Under the pieces are notes generated by a model. It was not told the origin of the DNA. It saw nothing but the letters and a program-made list of their open reading frames with translations, and did not search any database. From Bacillota bacterium (lineage in GTDB: Bacteria > Pseudomonadota > Gammaproteobacteria > Natronospirales > REEB76), in assembly GCA_050261675.1 (NCBI GenBank), contig JBLNDO010000024.1, positions 9,276 to 73,275 on the forward strand: a stretch of DNA of 64,000 nt, written 5' to 3'. The position numbers were made by a program, and so were the translations under genes. This document shows positions 34,963 through 44,148 of this stretch, in pieces; positions within the stretch are counted from its first letter, which is position 1, and each line of letters opens with the position of its first letter.

Positions 34963-35094
34963 GCGTAAAAGCGTCGCGAGCGAAGGCGGGGCTAGGCGCG
35001 CGAGGCGAGCAGGAGGGAGCGTACTCTTAGTGTACGTGACCGACTGCGAGTCCGATGCGCAACAACGCCCTGTCGAGCGCAGCAGCTTTTACGC
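34963..35094 (-). repeat. ~130-bp repeat with terminal inverted repeats, copy B (inverted relative to copy A)
   Basis: Perfect 10-bp termini GCGTAAAAGC ... GCTTTTACGC. Its reverse complement aligns with copy A at roughly 85-90 percent identity by eye. It contains the TAA stop (complement of 35089-35091) of the MASE1-GGDEF-EAL gene. Confidence 0.7.
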
Positions 35095-37605
35095 TGGAAG
35101 CGGTTCGGGCTTGTGTAGGAAAAAGCCTTGTCCGTAGTCCACGCCCAGCTTCGTCAGCTCGTTCTTGGTCGGCTCGTTCTCCACGCATTCGGCAATGCAC
35201 TTGATCTGGCGCATGCGCGCCAACTCGGAAAGCGTGCGCACCACCAGCGGGTTCACCGGGTCCTCGCCGTAGTTCTGCACGAAGCGGCCGTCGATCTTCA
35301 CGTAGTGCACCGGCAGCTGCTGCAGGTAGCCGAAGCTCGCCACGCCGCTGCCGAAGTCGTCCAGCGCGAAGCGGAAGCCCTCCTTGCTGAGGGTGTGCAT
35401 GGTCTCCACGGCGCGGGTGAGATTCTCCAGCGCCACGTTCTCGGTGACCTCGAAGCACACGCTCTCCGCCGGCACCTGGTAGCGGGCCTTGTGCTCCAGC
35501 ACGTAGCGCTGGAAGTCCGGGCTGTCCAGGGTTCGCGGGTCGAGGTTGATGGAGAGGCGGATGCCGTGGCCGGCCTTCGCGGAGAGGAACCGGAAGCTCT
35601 GATCCACCACCCAGTGATCGATGCGCGTGGCGAGGCCGTAGCGGGCGGCGGCGGGCAGGAAAGCGCCCGGCGGCACGAGCTTGCCGTCCTCTTGCATGCG
35701 CAGCAGCACTTCGTAGAAGTGACCGTCGCCGTTCCCGCCGTCGGCGAGCCTGACGATGCGCTGGCCGTAGAGCTTGAATTGGCCCTCGCTCATGGCGGTC
35801 TCGAGCTGTGCGACGCGAGTCAGGTCCATGTGGTGCTTCATCATGGACTCGTCGTCGGGACGGTAGACGTGGATCGCGTTGCGCCCCGCGCCCTTGGCGA
35901 TGTAGCAGGCGATGTCGGCGCGGCTCAGCACGTCCGGCGCGCGCTCGCCGGGCACGAACATCGTCACACCGATGCTCACGCCGACGTTGAAGGTGAGGTC
36001 GTGCTCCTTGAAGCGGTAGTCGAGCACCGTGCGGCGCAGCTCCTCGGCCAGGAGCATCACCGTGCCCTCGTGGGCGTCCTCCACCAGCACGCCGAACTCG
36101 TCGCCGCCCAGACGCGCGATCACGTCCGGCTTGTGCACCAGCGCCCGCAGGCGCTTGGTCAGCTCGATGAGCAGCCGGTCGCCGATCTCGTGGCCGCGCG
36201 TGTCGTTGATGATCTTGAACTGGTCGAGGTCCAGGTACAGCAGCGCGTGCTTCGTGCGACGGTCGCCCCTGGCGGCAAGCTCGCGCAGCCGGGCGTCGAA
36301 GGCGGCACGGTTCCGGAGGCCCGTTAGGCTGTCGTGGGTGGCCTCGCGCACCAACCGCTCCCGCAGCTGCTCGGCCTCGGAGACGTCGCGGAACACCACC
36401 ACGCCGCCGATGAGGTCGCCGCCGCGGCCGCGCACCAGGGTGATGGTGCCCTCCACGGGGCGCAGCATGCCGGTGCGGTCCCGCAACAGCCGCCGCGAGA
36501 GCACTTCCGAGGCCATGCCGTTGATGAGCGCATGCCGCACCGTGTGCTCCTCGGTCTCGCCGCTGGCGAGCGACAGCGGGAACACGTCTTCGATGGCGCG
36601 GTTGGTGGCGTCGGCGGTGCGCCAGCCGGTGAGCTTCTCCGCCACCGAGTTCATGAAATACACCTTGCCGTCGGTGCGCGTGGAGATCACCCCCTCGCCG
36701 ATGGCCTGGAGGGTGACGAGCGCGCGGTCCTGCTCGGCGTGCAGCGCCTTGTCGGCGGCGCTGCGGGCGGCGAACGCGGCGGACACGAGGTAGCCGGTGA
36801 ACGCCGTGGCGCCGACGAAGGCGATGCGCACGCCCACCAGGAAGGGATCCTGGGTGTCCGTGAGGTTGAAGCCGAGCGCGAACAGGGCGAGCAGCACGGC
36901 GATGCTGCTGGCGCCGGCGGCGCCGCTGCGCGCGACAAGCAGCACCACCAGCGGCAGCAGCAGGAAGTAGAGACTGGTCTCCAGGGTTCCCGGCAGGCGC
37001 GTGATGAGCAGCATGCCGGCCGCCGCCAGCGCCAGGGTCATCACCCATTCCACCGCGGCGCGCGTGCCCTTGAACGGCCAGCGTCGCCAGTGGGCGATGA
37101 GCGGTGCCACCACGAGGATGCCCATGGCGTCCCCCAGCATCCAACTGCCCCATTCCTTGGGAAGCATGTTTTCGGGCAACGCGCCGTTGATCATCAGGCC
37201 CAGGGCGCCGAGCCCGCCGCCCACGGCGGCGGGCAGGAGCGCGCCGAGAAACAGGAAACCCAGCACGTCGCGGTTGCGCTTGAACTCGCCGTGGATGCCG
37301 AAACCGTTGAGCAGCACCGTTGCGAGCACGGCCTCCGCCATCTGCGCCACGCTGTCGGTGAGGCCCACGACCCAGTCGCGGCCGCCGTACACGGCGCCCA
37401 GGAATTCGCCGAGCACGATCACCGGCCACCAGCGCAAGCCGAACAGCCACAGGAGCGCCACCGCCATGCCCGAGGCGGGCCAGAACGGCGAAAGCCCGCT
37501 GAAATGGAACTTGAGATAGAGCCCGGCGCGGTTGGCGAGGTAATAGACGCCGGTCAGCAGGATGGCCACGCCGGCATAGAGCAGCGCTCTGGAGACCTTG
37601 CGCAT
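35089..37605 (-). CDS. MASE1-PAS-GGDEF-EAL membrane sensor (bifunctional c-di-GMP cyclase/phosphodiesterase architecture)
   Basis: N-terminal MASE1-type helices, a PAS region, DSLTGLRNRAAF ... RLGGDEFGVLV, then an EAL domain (YEVLLRM ... EVTE ... DDFGSG ... KIDGRF ... AECVE). Confidence 0.9.
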   Translation of the reverse strand: MRKVSRALLYAGVAILLTGVYYLANRAGLYLKFHFSGLSPFWPASGMAVALLWLFGLRWWPVIVLGEFLGAVYGGRDWVVGLTDSVAQMAEAVLATVLLNGFGIHGEFKRNRDVLGFLFLGALLPAAVGGGLGALGLMINGALPENMLPKEWGSWMLGDAMGILVVAPLIAHWRRWPFKGTRAAVEWVMTLALAAAGMLLITRLPGTLETSLYFLLLPLVVLLVARSGAAGASSIAVLLALFALGFNLTDTQDPFLVGVRIAFVGATAFTGYLVSAAFAARSAADKALHAEQDRALVTLQAIGEGVISTRTDGKVYFMNSVAEKLTGWRTADATNRAIEDVFPLSLASGETEEHTVRHALINGMASEVLSRRLLRDRTGMLRPVEGTITLVRGRGGDLIGGVVVFRDVSEAEQLRERLVREATHDSLTGLRNRAAFDARLRELAARGDRRTKHALLYLDLDQFKIINDTRGHEIGDRLLIELTKRLRALVHKPDVIARLGGDEFGVLVEDAHEGTVMLLAEELRRTVLDYRFKEHDLTFNVGVSIGVTMFVPGERAPDVLSRADIACYIAKGAGRNAIHVYRPDDESMMKHHMDLTRVAQLETAMSEGQFKLYGQRIVRLADGGNGDGHFYEVLLRMQEDGKLVPPGAFLPAAARYGLATRIDHWVVDQSFRFLSAKAGHGIRLSINLDPRTLDSPDFQRYVLEHKARYQVPAESVCFEVTENVALENLTRAVETMHTLSKEGFRFALDDFGSGVASFGYLQQLPVHYVKIDGRFVQNYGEDPVNPLVVRTLSELARMRQIKCIAECVENEPTKNELTKLGVDYGQGFFLHKPEPLPA

Positions 37606-37731
37606 GGCCGTGGCGGGCCCCGTTTCGTTGCAAGACGGCAGGCCGAAAGCTTAACATTTCCGCCCCCGTTCCCGTGTGAATCCAGTCCCAAGCCCACTGG
37701 CGTGGCGGCCAAAATATTCAACATATACAGC

Positions 37732-38151
37732 ATGTTCCAACTCCACCCCCAACTTGCCAAGGACTGCCACGACCTGGGAAGGCTCAGGCTGTGCCGTTTG
37801 TTGCTGATGAATGACGCCCACTATCCCTGGTTCATCCTGGTGCCGGAGCGTGAAGACGTTCGCGAGATCCACGAACTCGCCGATGCCGACCGGACGCGGC
37901 TGTGGGACGAGTCCGCGCTGCTCGCGCGCGCGCTCGTGAAGGGCTTCGCGCCCCACAAGCTCAACATCGCCGCGCTCGGCAACCAGGTGCCGCAGCTGCA
38001 CGTGCACCACATCGTGCGGTATACCCACGACGCCGCCTGGCCGAACCCGGTGTGGGGGCGTCAGCCGCCCAAGGCGTATTTCGGCGCGGAAGCGGAGAAG
38101 CTGCGCGCGCTCATGTGCGGGCTCCTCGGCGCGGAGCTGCACGCCGCGTGA
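37732..38151 (+). CDS. HIT-family nucleotide hydrolase/transferase
   Basis: PWFILVPER...IHEL, and the histidine triad NQVPQLHVHHIVR. Confidence 0.85.
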   Translation: MFQLHPQLAKDCHDLGRLRLCRLLLMNDAHYPWFILVPEREDVREIHELADADRTRLWDESALLARALVKGFAPHKLNIAALGNQVPQLHVHHIVRYTHDAAWPNPVWGRQPPKAYFGAEAEKLRALMCGLLGAELHAA

Positions 38152-39089
38152 GCACCGACCCGGTCCCTTTCCAGTTCCACGCGGAACGCCTCGGCGCGCG
38201 GCGCCACGACGACGCCTGGCTCGCGGCGGCCCTCGAAGGCGGTGGCTCGCGCTTCGTGCCGGTGCGCGGCGGCAAGAGCAGCTATCTCTGGAACGAGGGC
38301 GCCCCGCGCGCGCTGCTGCTTGACGCGTCCACGGCCGCGGCCCTGCGGGAGCAGGCGTTCTGCACGGTGTTGCTCGGCGAAGTGGGGGACTCCCCCTGCT
38401 TCGCACTCGGCCTGGAGGAGGACGCCGCACTGCCGGAGGCGCGCCACGACGACCTGCGCGGCGTGAGCGCGCTGCTCGACGCCGACGAGCTCGCGCTCCT
38501 GGGCTATGCCCGCGCCATGGTGCATTGGCACCGTCAGCACCGGTACTGCGGCCGCTGCGGCCCCCTCACCGAGAGCCGCCGCGGCGGCCACGAGCGCGTC
38601 TGCCCCGCCTGCGGGACCCAGAGCTTCCCGCGGCTCGACCCCGCCATCATCGTGCTGGTCACGGACGGGGAGCGCTGCCTCCTGGGCAGGCAGGCGGCCT
38701 GGCCCAAAGGGCGCTATTCCACCATCGCGGGCTTCGTGGAGCACGGCGAGACGCTGGAGGCGGCGGTGGTGCGCGAAGTGCAGGAAGAAACCGACGTCAG
38801 GGTGCACCGGCCCCGCTACGTCTCGTCCCAACCCTGGCCCTACCCCGGCTCGCTCATGCTCGGTTTTCGCGCCGAGGCGAAGACCAGCGCCATCCGCTGC
38901 AACGACGGCGAGCTGGAGCACGCCGCCTGGTTCTCCCGCGACGACATCGCGAATTCCGTGGACTCGGGCCTGATGATGCCGCCCACCCGGTCCATCTCTT
39001 ACAGGCTGATACGCGGCTGGTTCGAGGAGGAAAAAGGCCGCTCCTTCGATTCCCTGCGCCACCAAGATCCCAACAAGGCGGCCCGGTGA
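38148..39089 (+). CDS. nudC: NAD+ diphosphatase / NADH pyrophosphatase (Nudix, NudC type)
   Basis: Zinc ribbon CGRCG...CPACG. Nudix box GFVEHGETLEAAVVREVQEETDV, then SQPWPYPGSLMLGF. GTG start overlaps the HIT stop (GTGA). Confidence 0.85.
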   Translation: MSTDPVPFQFHAERLGARRHDDAWLAAALEGGGSRFVPVRGGKSSYLWNEGAPRALLLDASTAAALREQAFCTVLLGEVGDSPCFALGLEEDAALPEARHDDLRGVSALLDADELALLGYARAMVHWHRQHRYCGRCGPLTESRRGGHERVCPACGTQSFPRLDPAIIVLVTDGERCLLGRQAAWPKGRYSTIAGFVEHGETLEAAVVREVQEETDVRVHRPRYVSSQPWPYPGSLMLGFRAEAKTSAIRCNDGELEHAAWFSRDDIANSVDSGLMMPPTRSISYRLIRGWFEEEKGRSFDSLRHQDPNKAAR

Positions 39090-39985
39090 ACACGGACGCC
39101 CGCGGTGGCGCGGCGCTGGACGGCGCCGCCCTCTCCGCCCTCGCCTTCCTCACCCTGGTGTGGGGCTACAACTGGGTGGTGATGAAGATCGCGCTGCAGT
39201 ACGCCGCGCCCTTCACCTTCGCCGCCTGGCGCAGCGCGCTCGGCGGCCTGCTCCTGCTCGCGGTGCTGCTGCTCCTGCGCAAGCCCTTCTGGCCGCGCCG
39301 TCCCGGGCGGGCGTTGCTGCTCGGGCTCCTGCAGACCACGCTCTTCATCGGGCTGATCGCCTGGGCGCTGCAGCAGGGCAACGCCGGGAAGAGCGCGGTG
39401 CTCGCCTACACCATGCCCTTCTGGGTGATCCTGCTCGCGCCTTTCGTGCTGGGCGAGCGCCTCAAGGGCGCACAATGGCTGGCGGTGGCGCTGGCCCTGC
39501 TCGGCCTCCTGTTAATCTTCTCCCCCTGGAAGCGCGCACCGGACTTGCCGAGCAGCCTGATGGCGCTCGCCGCCGGCGTCGCCTGGGCGCTGTCGGTACT
39601 GGTGGCGAAGAAGATGCCGGTGCAGGGGCCCTGGGAACTGCTCTCGCTCACCGGCTGGCAGATGTGCCTGGGCGCGCTGCCGCTCATGCTCATCGCCTGG
39701 CTCGTGCCGGGCCGCGCCACGGAGTGGAACGGGACGCTCGCCTGGACGCTCTTCTACAACGTGGTGCCCGGCAATGCGCTCGCCTGGACCCTGTGGCTCT
39801 TCGTGGTGGGGCGCCTCTCCGCCACCTTGAGCGGCCTCGCCTCGCTCGCGACCCCGGTGGTGGGGGTGCTGCTCGGCTGGCTGCAGCTCGGCGAGCGTCC
39901 CGCGCCGGCGGAAGCCTGCGGGATGCTGCTGGTGTTCGGGGCGCTCTTGCTGCTCTCGCTGGCCGCCGCCAAAAAGACGCAATAA
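39086..39985 (+). CDS. EamA/DMT-family transporter
   Basis: Ten helices with a duplicated EamA pattern (LTLVWGYNWVVMKIAL...). GTG start overlaps the NudC stop (GTGA). Confidence 0.8.
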   Translation: MNTDARGGAALDGAALSALAFLTLVWGYNWVVMKIALQYAAPFTFAAWRSALGGLLLLAVLLLLRKPFWPRRPGRALLLGLLQTTLFIGLIAWALQQGNAGKSAVLAYTMPFWVILLAPFVLGERLKGAQWLAVALALLGLLLIFSPWKRAPDLPSSLMALAAGVAWALSVLVAKKMPVQGPWELLSLTGWQMCLGALPLMLIAWLVPGRATEWNGTLAWTLFYNVVPGNALAWTLWLFVVGRLSATLSGLASLATPVVGVLLGWLQLGERPAPAEACGMLLVFGALLLLSLAAAKKTQ

Positions 39986-40005
39986 GTCGCCGCTATAATC
40001 CATCC

Positions 40006-40776
40006 ATGTGCTTGCTGGTCTTCGCCTGGAAAACCCACCCGGCGCACGCCTTGCTGTTCGCCGGCAACCGCGACGAGCGCCACGCGCGCGCCTCGGCAGC
40101 GGCGGGCTTCTGGGACGACGCCCCGGAGGTCTTGGGCGGTCGCGACCTGGAAGCGGGCGGCACCTGGCTCGGGGTCACCGCCGGCGGGCGCTTCGCGGTG
40201 GTCACCAATTACCGCGAGGGACTGGATCCGCCCAAGCGGCCCCGCTCCCGCGGCGAACTGCCGGCGGAATTCCTGAAAGGCGGCATGCGCCCGGCGGACT
40301 ATCTCGCCGGGTTGCGGCGCCGCGCCGACGACTACGCGGCTTTCAGCTTCCTCTGCGGCGATCGGGACGAACTCTATTATTTCTCCAACCGGGGCGGCGA
40401 GCCCTCGCAGGTGGAGCCCGGCATCCACGGCCTCTCCAACCACCTCTTGGACACGCCCTGGCCCAAGGTGAGCTTGAGCAAGGCGCGCTTCGGGCTCTTG
40501 CTGGAGCAGGAGGCCTTCACCAGCGACGCCCTGTTCCGGCTGCTCTACGACACCACGCCGGCAGCGGACGAAGTGCTGCCGGACACCGGCATCGGCGCGG
40601 ACCTGGAGCGGCGCGTGTCCTCGCCGTTCGTGCTGCACCCCGTCTACGGCACCCGCAGTTCTAGCCTGCTGCGCCTCGAGCGTGACGGCGGGCTGGAATT
40701 CGCCGAGCGGCGCTTCGATCCCGCCGGGCGGGAAGTGGAGACACGCCGCTTCCGGATCCCGGAAATCCCCGCGTGA
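40006..40776 (+). CDS. NRDE-family protein (TANGO2 homologue)
   Basis: MCLLVFAW...LLFAGNRDE is the signature N-terminal Cys and NRDE motif. Confidence 0.8.
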   Translation: MCLLVFAWKTHPAHALLFAGNRDERHARASAAAGFWDDAPEVLGGRDLEAGGTWLGVTAGGRFAVVTNYREGLDPPKRPRSRGELPAEFLKGGMRPADYLAGLRRRADDYAAFSFLCGDRDELYYFSNRGGEPSQVEPGIHGLSNHLLDTPWPKVSLSKARFGLLLEQEAFTSDALFRLLYDTTPAADEVLPDTGIGADLERRVSSPFVLHPVYGTRSSSLLRLERDGGLEFAERRFDPAGREVETRRFRIPEIPA

Positions 40777-42662
40777 GGCGCCCCGCCCCCGGCGGCAGCT
40801 GGGCTTCGCCGCTCGGCGTGGAGGGCGTGACCCGGGCCCAGCGTCGCTATCTGCAACCGCGACTGCAACGCGATGCCGCCTACTGGGTGGAAAGCCGCCC
40901 CGAGGAGAACGGCCGCAGCGTGCTGGTGCGGCATCGGGACGGGCGCGCCGAGGACCTGACACCGGCGCCCTACAGCGTGCGGACCAAGGTGCACGAATAC
41001 GGCGGCGGCGCCTGGGCGCCCGCCGGGGACGCGATCTATTTCTGCAACGACGCGGACCAGTGCCTCTACCGCCTGGAAGGCGGGAAGATCCGGGCGCTCA
41101 CGGCAGCTTCCCGCCGGCGCTACGGGGACTTGGTATGGGATGCAAGCCGGGGGCGACTCCTCTGCGTCTGCGAGGAGCATCGACCGGACAAGACGGTGAA
41201 GAATTTCCTCGCGGCGGTCTCGCTCGAAGATGGCGCCATTACGCCGCTCGTTACGGACCGGGACTTCGTGAGTTCGCCTGCGCTCTCGCCCGACGGACAG
41301 CGCCTCGCCTGGCTCGCCTGGGACGATCCGCAGATGCCCTGGGACGGCTCCGAGCTTTGGCTGGCGGACATGGCGGCGGATGGGAGCTTGCAGGGCGCGC
41401 GGCGCATCGCCGGTGGCCCCGAGGAATCCCTGTTCGAGCCCCGCTGGTCGCCTGTCGGCGTGCTGCACTACGTCTCGGACCGGAGCGGGTATTGGAACTT
41501 ATATAGACACCGGGACGGCGCCGCCGAACCTCTTTGCCCCGATGCGGCCGACTACGGCTACGCCCAATGGCTGCTGGGCATGTCGAGCTACGGCTTTCTC
41601 TCGGAGACGGAGATCGCCGCGGTGCGGGTGGAGCGCGGCCAATCGGGCCTCGTGCGCCTCGCCGGTGGAAAGAGAACGCCCATAGAATCGCCGTATTCCC
41701 ACGTGGAGCACCTGGACGCGGAGGCCGGGCGGTTCGTGCTCCTGGCTGGCGCGCCCGACTTGTCCATGGGGATCGTGGAGAGCGACGGCCAGCAGTTCCA
41801 TCGCTTGAGCGCGGCGGGCTTCGGAATGGATCCGGCGTACTTGAGCCGCGCGGAAGCGCTGAGTTTCCCCACCTCCGGTGGCGAGACGGCCCACGCCTGG
41901 TATTACCCGCCGGTGAACCCGGACTTCCGCCTGCCCGAGGGCGAGGCACCGCCGCTCATGGTGCGCTGTCACGGCGGGCCCACGGCCATGAACGGCAACG
42001 CCCTGGAACCCCGCATACAGTTCTGGACCAGCCGCGGTTTCGCGGTCGCCGACCTCAATTACCGGGGCAGCACCGGTTACGGCCGGGATTACCGGCGCAG
42101 CCTGCGCAGGAACTGGGGCGTAAAGGACGTGGAAGACTGCGCCCACCTGCTAGCGCACCTCGCCGCCAAAGGTCTCGCGGACCCGAAGCGCGCCGTGGTA
42201 TCCGGCTCCAGTGCCGGCGGTTACTCGGCGCTCGCCACGCTCGCTTTCAAGGAGGTCTACCGCGGCGGCGCCATCCAGTACGGCTTGGCCGAGCTCGAGA
42301 CCGCCATGCGCGACACCCACAAGTTCGAGGCCCGCTACGGCGACACGCTGCTGGGACCCTGGCCCGAGGCGAAAGAGGCTTACCGGGCGCGCTCGCCGCT
42401 GCATGCCGTGGACCGCATCAAGGCACCGGTGATTTTCTTCCAGGGATTGAAGGATACGGTGGTCCTGCCGGACCAGACGGCGCGCATGCTGAAAGCACTG
42501 AAGGAACGGGGCGTGCCGTCCATATCGCTGACCTTCCCCGAGGAAGGCCACGGCTTCCGTCGCGCCACCACTCTCCAGGCAGTGCTCGCGGCGGAACTGG
42601 CGTTCTACGCCTATCTTTTTGGTTTCACGCCGGCTGATCCGGCGCCGAAATTGGAATTCTAA
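40773..42662 (+). CDS. S9-family serine peptidase (prolyl oligopeptidase / dipeptidyl aminopeptidase-like)
   Basis: N-terminal beta-propeller-like region and a C-terminal hydrolase with the GSSAGGY nucleophile elbow. GTG start overlaps the upstream stop. Confidence 0.85.
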   Translation: MRRPAPGGSWASPLGVEGVTRAQRRYLQPRLQRDAAYWVESRPEENGRSVLVRHRDGRAEDLTPAPYSVRTKVHEYGGGAWAPAGDAIYFCNDADQCLYRLEGGKIRALTAASRRRYGDLVWDASRGRLLCVCEEHRPDKTVKNFLAAVSLEDGAITPLVTDRDFVSSPALSPDGQRLAWLAWDDPQMPWDGSELWLADMAADGSLQGARRIAGGPEESLFEPRWSPVGVLHYVSDRSGYWNLYRHRDGAAEPLCPDAADYGYAQWLLGMSSYGFLSETEIAAVRVERGQSGLVRLAGGKRTPIESPYSHVEHLDAEAGRFVLLAGAPDLSMGIVESDGQQFHRLSAAGFGMDPAYLSRAEALSFPTSGGETAHAWYYPPVNPDFRLPEGEAPPLMVRCHGGPTAMNGNALEPRIQFWTSRGFAVADLNYRGSTGYGRDYRRSLRRNWGVKDVEDCAHLLAHLAAKGLADPKRAVVSGSSAGGYSALATLAFKEVYRGGAIQYGLAELETAMRDTHKFEARYGDTLLGPWPEAKEAYRARSPLHAVDRIKAPVIFFQGLKDTVVLPDQTARMLKALKERGVPSISLTFPEEGHGFRRATTLQAVLAAELAFYAYLFGFTPADPAPKLEF

Positions 42663-43330
42663 GCAGACCCCAAGACCGAAAGCAGCCATGCTCTGATGTG
42701 AATGACTTCCTCGGCACACAGGCTGTGTGGCATAGGGTAGGTGTGCCAAGTCACGGCACAGCCTTCCTTCGTGAGCCAGTTGCGGGTGTGCTCGCCCAGT
42801 AGCAGCGGCACCACCGGGTCCTGGGTGCCGTGGCCGTAGAAGATGGACGTGCTGCGGTTCACGCCGATGTTCACTTCCCTGCCCTCGCCGGCGGGCAGAT
42901 AGGTGGAAAGCGCCATGATGCCGGCGAGCTTCGCGGCATGTTCCAGTCCCGCATAGAGGGCGACGGCCCCGCCCTGGGAGAAACCCGCCAGCACGATGCG
43001 TGACGTGTGGATCCCGCGCCCGTTCTCCTGTGCGATCAACGCCTCCACCCCGGCGCGGGAGGATTCCAGGCCTTCCCAATCACGCGGCTGGTGGAGGCCG
43101 ATCTTCACGATGTCGAACCAGGCGCGCATGGGATGGCCGCCGTTCAGGGTCACCGGCCGCACCGGCGCATGGGGGAAGATGAAACGGACGGGCAGCGAGA
43201 CAGGGAGCTTCAGTTCCGGCACGATGGACTCGAAATCGTGGCCGTCGGCGCCCAAGCCGTGCAGCCAGATGATGCTGGCCTTGGGCGTGGCGCCGGTCTC
43301 GATTTCCACGGTCTGCAAGGCTTGGGGCAT
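42659..43330 (-). CDS. Carboxylesterase / lysophospholipase-type alpha/beta hydrolase
   Basis: IIWLHGLGADGHDF ... GFSQGGAVALY ... HGTQDPVVP. Confidence 0.85.
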   Translation of the reverse strand: MPQALQTVEIETGATPKASIIWLHGLGADGHDFESIVPELKLPVSLPVRFIFPHAPVRPVTLNGGHPMRAWFDIVKIGLHQPRDWEGLESSRAGVEALIAQENGRGIHTSRIVLAGFSQGGAVALYAGLEHAAKLAGIMALSTYLPAGEGREVNIGVNRSTSIFYGHGTQDPVVPLLLGEHTRNWLTKEGCAVTWHTYPMPHSLCAEEVIHIRAWLLSVLGSA

Positions 43331-43389
43331 GGCGGGATTCTAGCAAAGCCTCTTGCTATCATCGCCGCAGCCATTCTCGCGAGGCCTGC

Positions 43390-44148
43390 ATGGATTTCAA
43401 GGGAAAGACGGTGCTCATCACCGGCGCGAGCCGCGGCATCGGCCGCGCCACGGCAGAGGCTTTCGCGGCCGCCGGCGCAGGGGTCGCACTGCACGTACGC
43501 AAAGATATGAAGAAGGGCGAGGAACTGGCGAAGCGATTGCCCGGCTCCGGGAATCGTGCCTTCGCCGCGGAACTCACGGACCCCGCCGCCTGCGAGAAAC
43601 TCGTCACCGACGTGGCCGCGCACTACGGCCGGCTGGACGTGCTGGTGAACAACGCCGGCGTCTACGAAGTGAAGCCCCTGAAGGATCTGCCCTATGCCGA
43701 GTGGCAGGCCACTTGGCAGCGCACCCTGGCTTCCAATCTTTTCGCCCCCGCGAACCTCTGCTTCCTGGCGGCGCGGGTCATGCGAAACCAGGGCGACGGC
43801 AAGATCATCAACATCTCCTCCCGCGGCGCCTTCCGCGGCGAGCCCGATGCCCCCGCCTACGGCGCGAGCAAGGCGGGCCTGAACCAGCTCTCCCAATCCC
43901 TGGCCCAGGCGCTTGCGCCCTTCAATATCTTCGTGGGCGTGGTGGCGCCGGGCTTCGTGCATACGGATATGGCGGCGGAGATCCTGGACGGGCCCGCAGG
44001 CGAAGGCATCAAAAAGCAGAGCCCCTTGAACCGGGTGGCGACGCCGGAGGAAGTGGCGGAAGCCGTGTTGCGCCTCGCCGCCGACGGCATGATGGCCGCC
44101 ACGGGATGTATTTTAGATGTGAATGGCGCGTCTTATCTGCGATCCTAG
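43390..44148 (+). CDS. Short-chain dehydrogenase/reductase (SDR)
   Basis: TGASRGIG cofactor motif, NNAG, and the YGASKAG catalytic motif. Confidence 0.9.
   Translation: MDFKGKTVLITGASRGIGRATAEAFAAAGAGVALHVRKDMKKGEELAKRLPGSGNRAFAAELTDPAACEKLVTDVAAHYGRLDVLVNNAGVYEVKPLKDLPYAEWQATWQRTLASNLFAPANLCFLAARVMRNQGDGKIINISSRGAFRGEPDAPAYGASKAGLNQLSQSLAQALAPFNIFVGVVAPGFVHTDMAAEILDGPAGEGIKKQSPLNRVATPEEVAEAVLRLAADGMMAATGCILDVNGASYLRS

Noticed and set aside
34906-34968. 20-codon ORF ending in the TAA of the left terminus of repeat copy B
   Set aside because: It is too short and has no ribosome-binding site. It is noted only because a third element terminus again coincides with an in-frame gcg-taa.
32773-35094. 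Interpretation of the 130-bp repeats as integron attC sites / gene cassettes
   Set aside because: The termini read 5'-GTAAAAG ... CTTT(T/A)AC-3', the reverse of the attC arrangement (5'-RYYYAAC ... GTTRRRY-3'). The two copies are inverted rather than co-oriented, and no integrase or attI is present.
36334-37731. N-terminal ~465 codons of the 605-aa plus-strand ORF 36334-38151
   Set aside because: It is antisense to the MASE1-PAS-GGDEF-EAL gene and low-complexity. Only the terminal 139 codons (HIT protein from the ATG at 37732) are credible.
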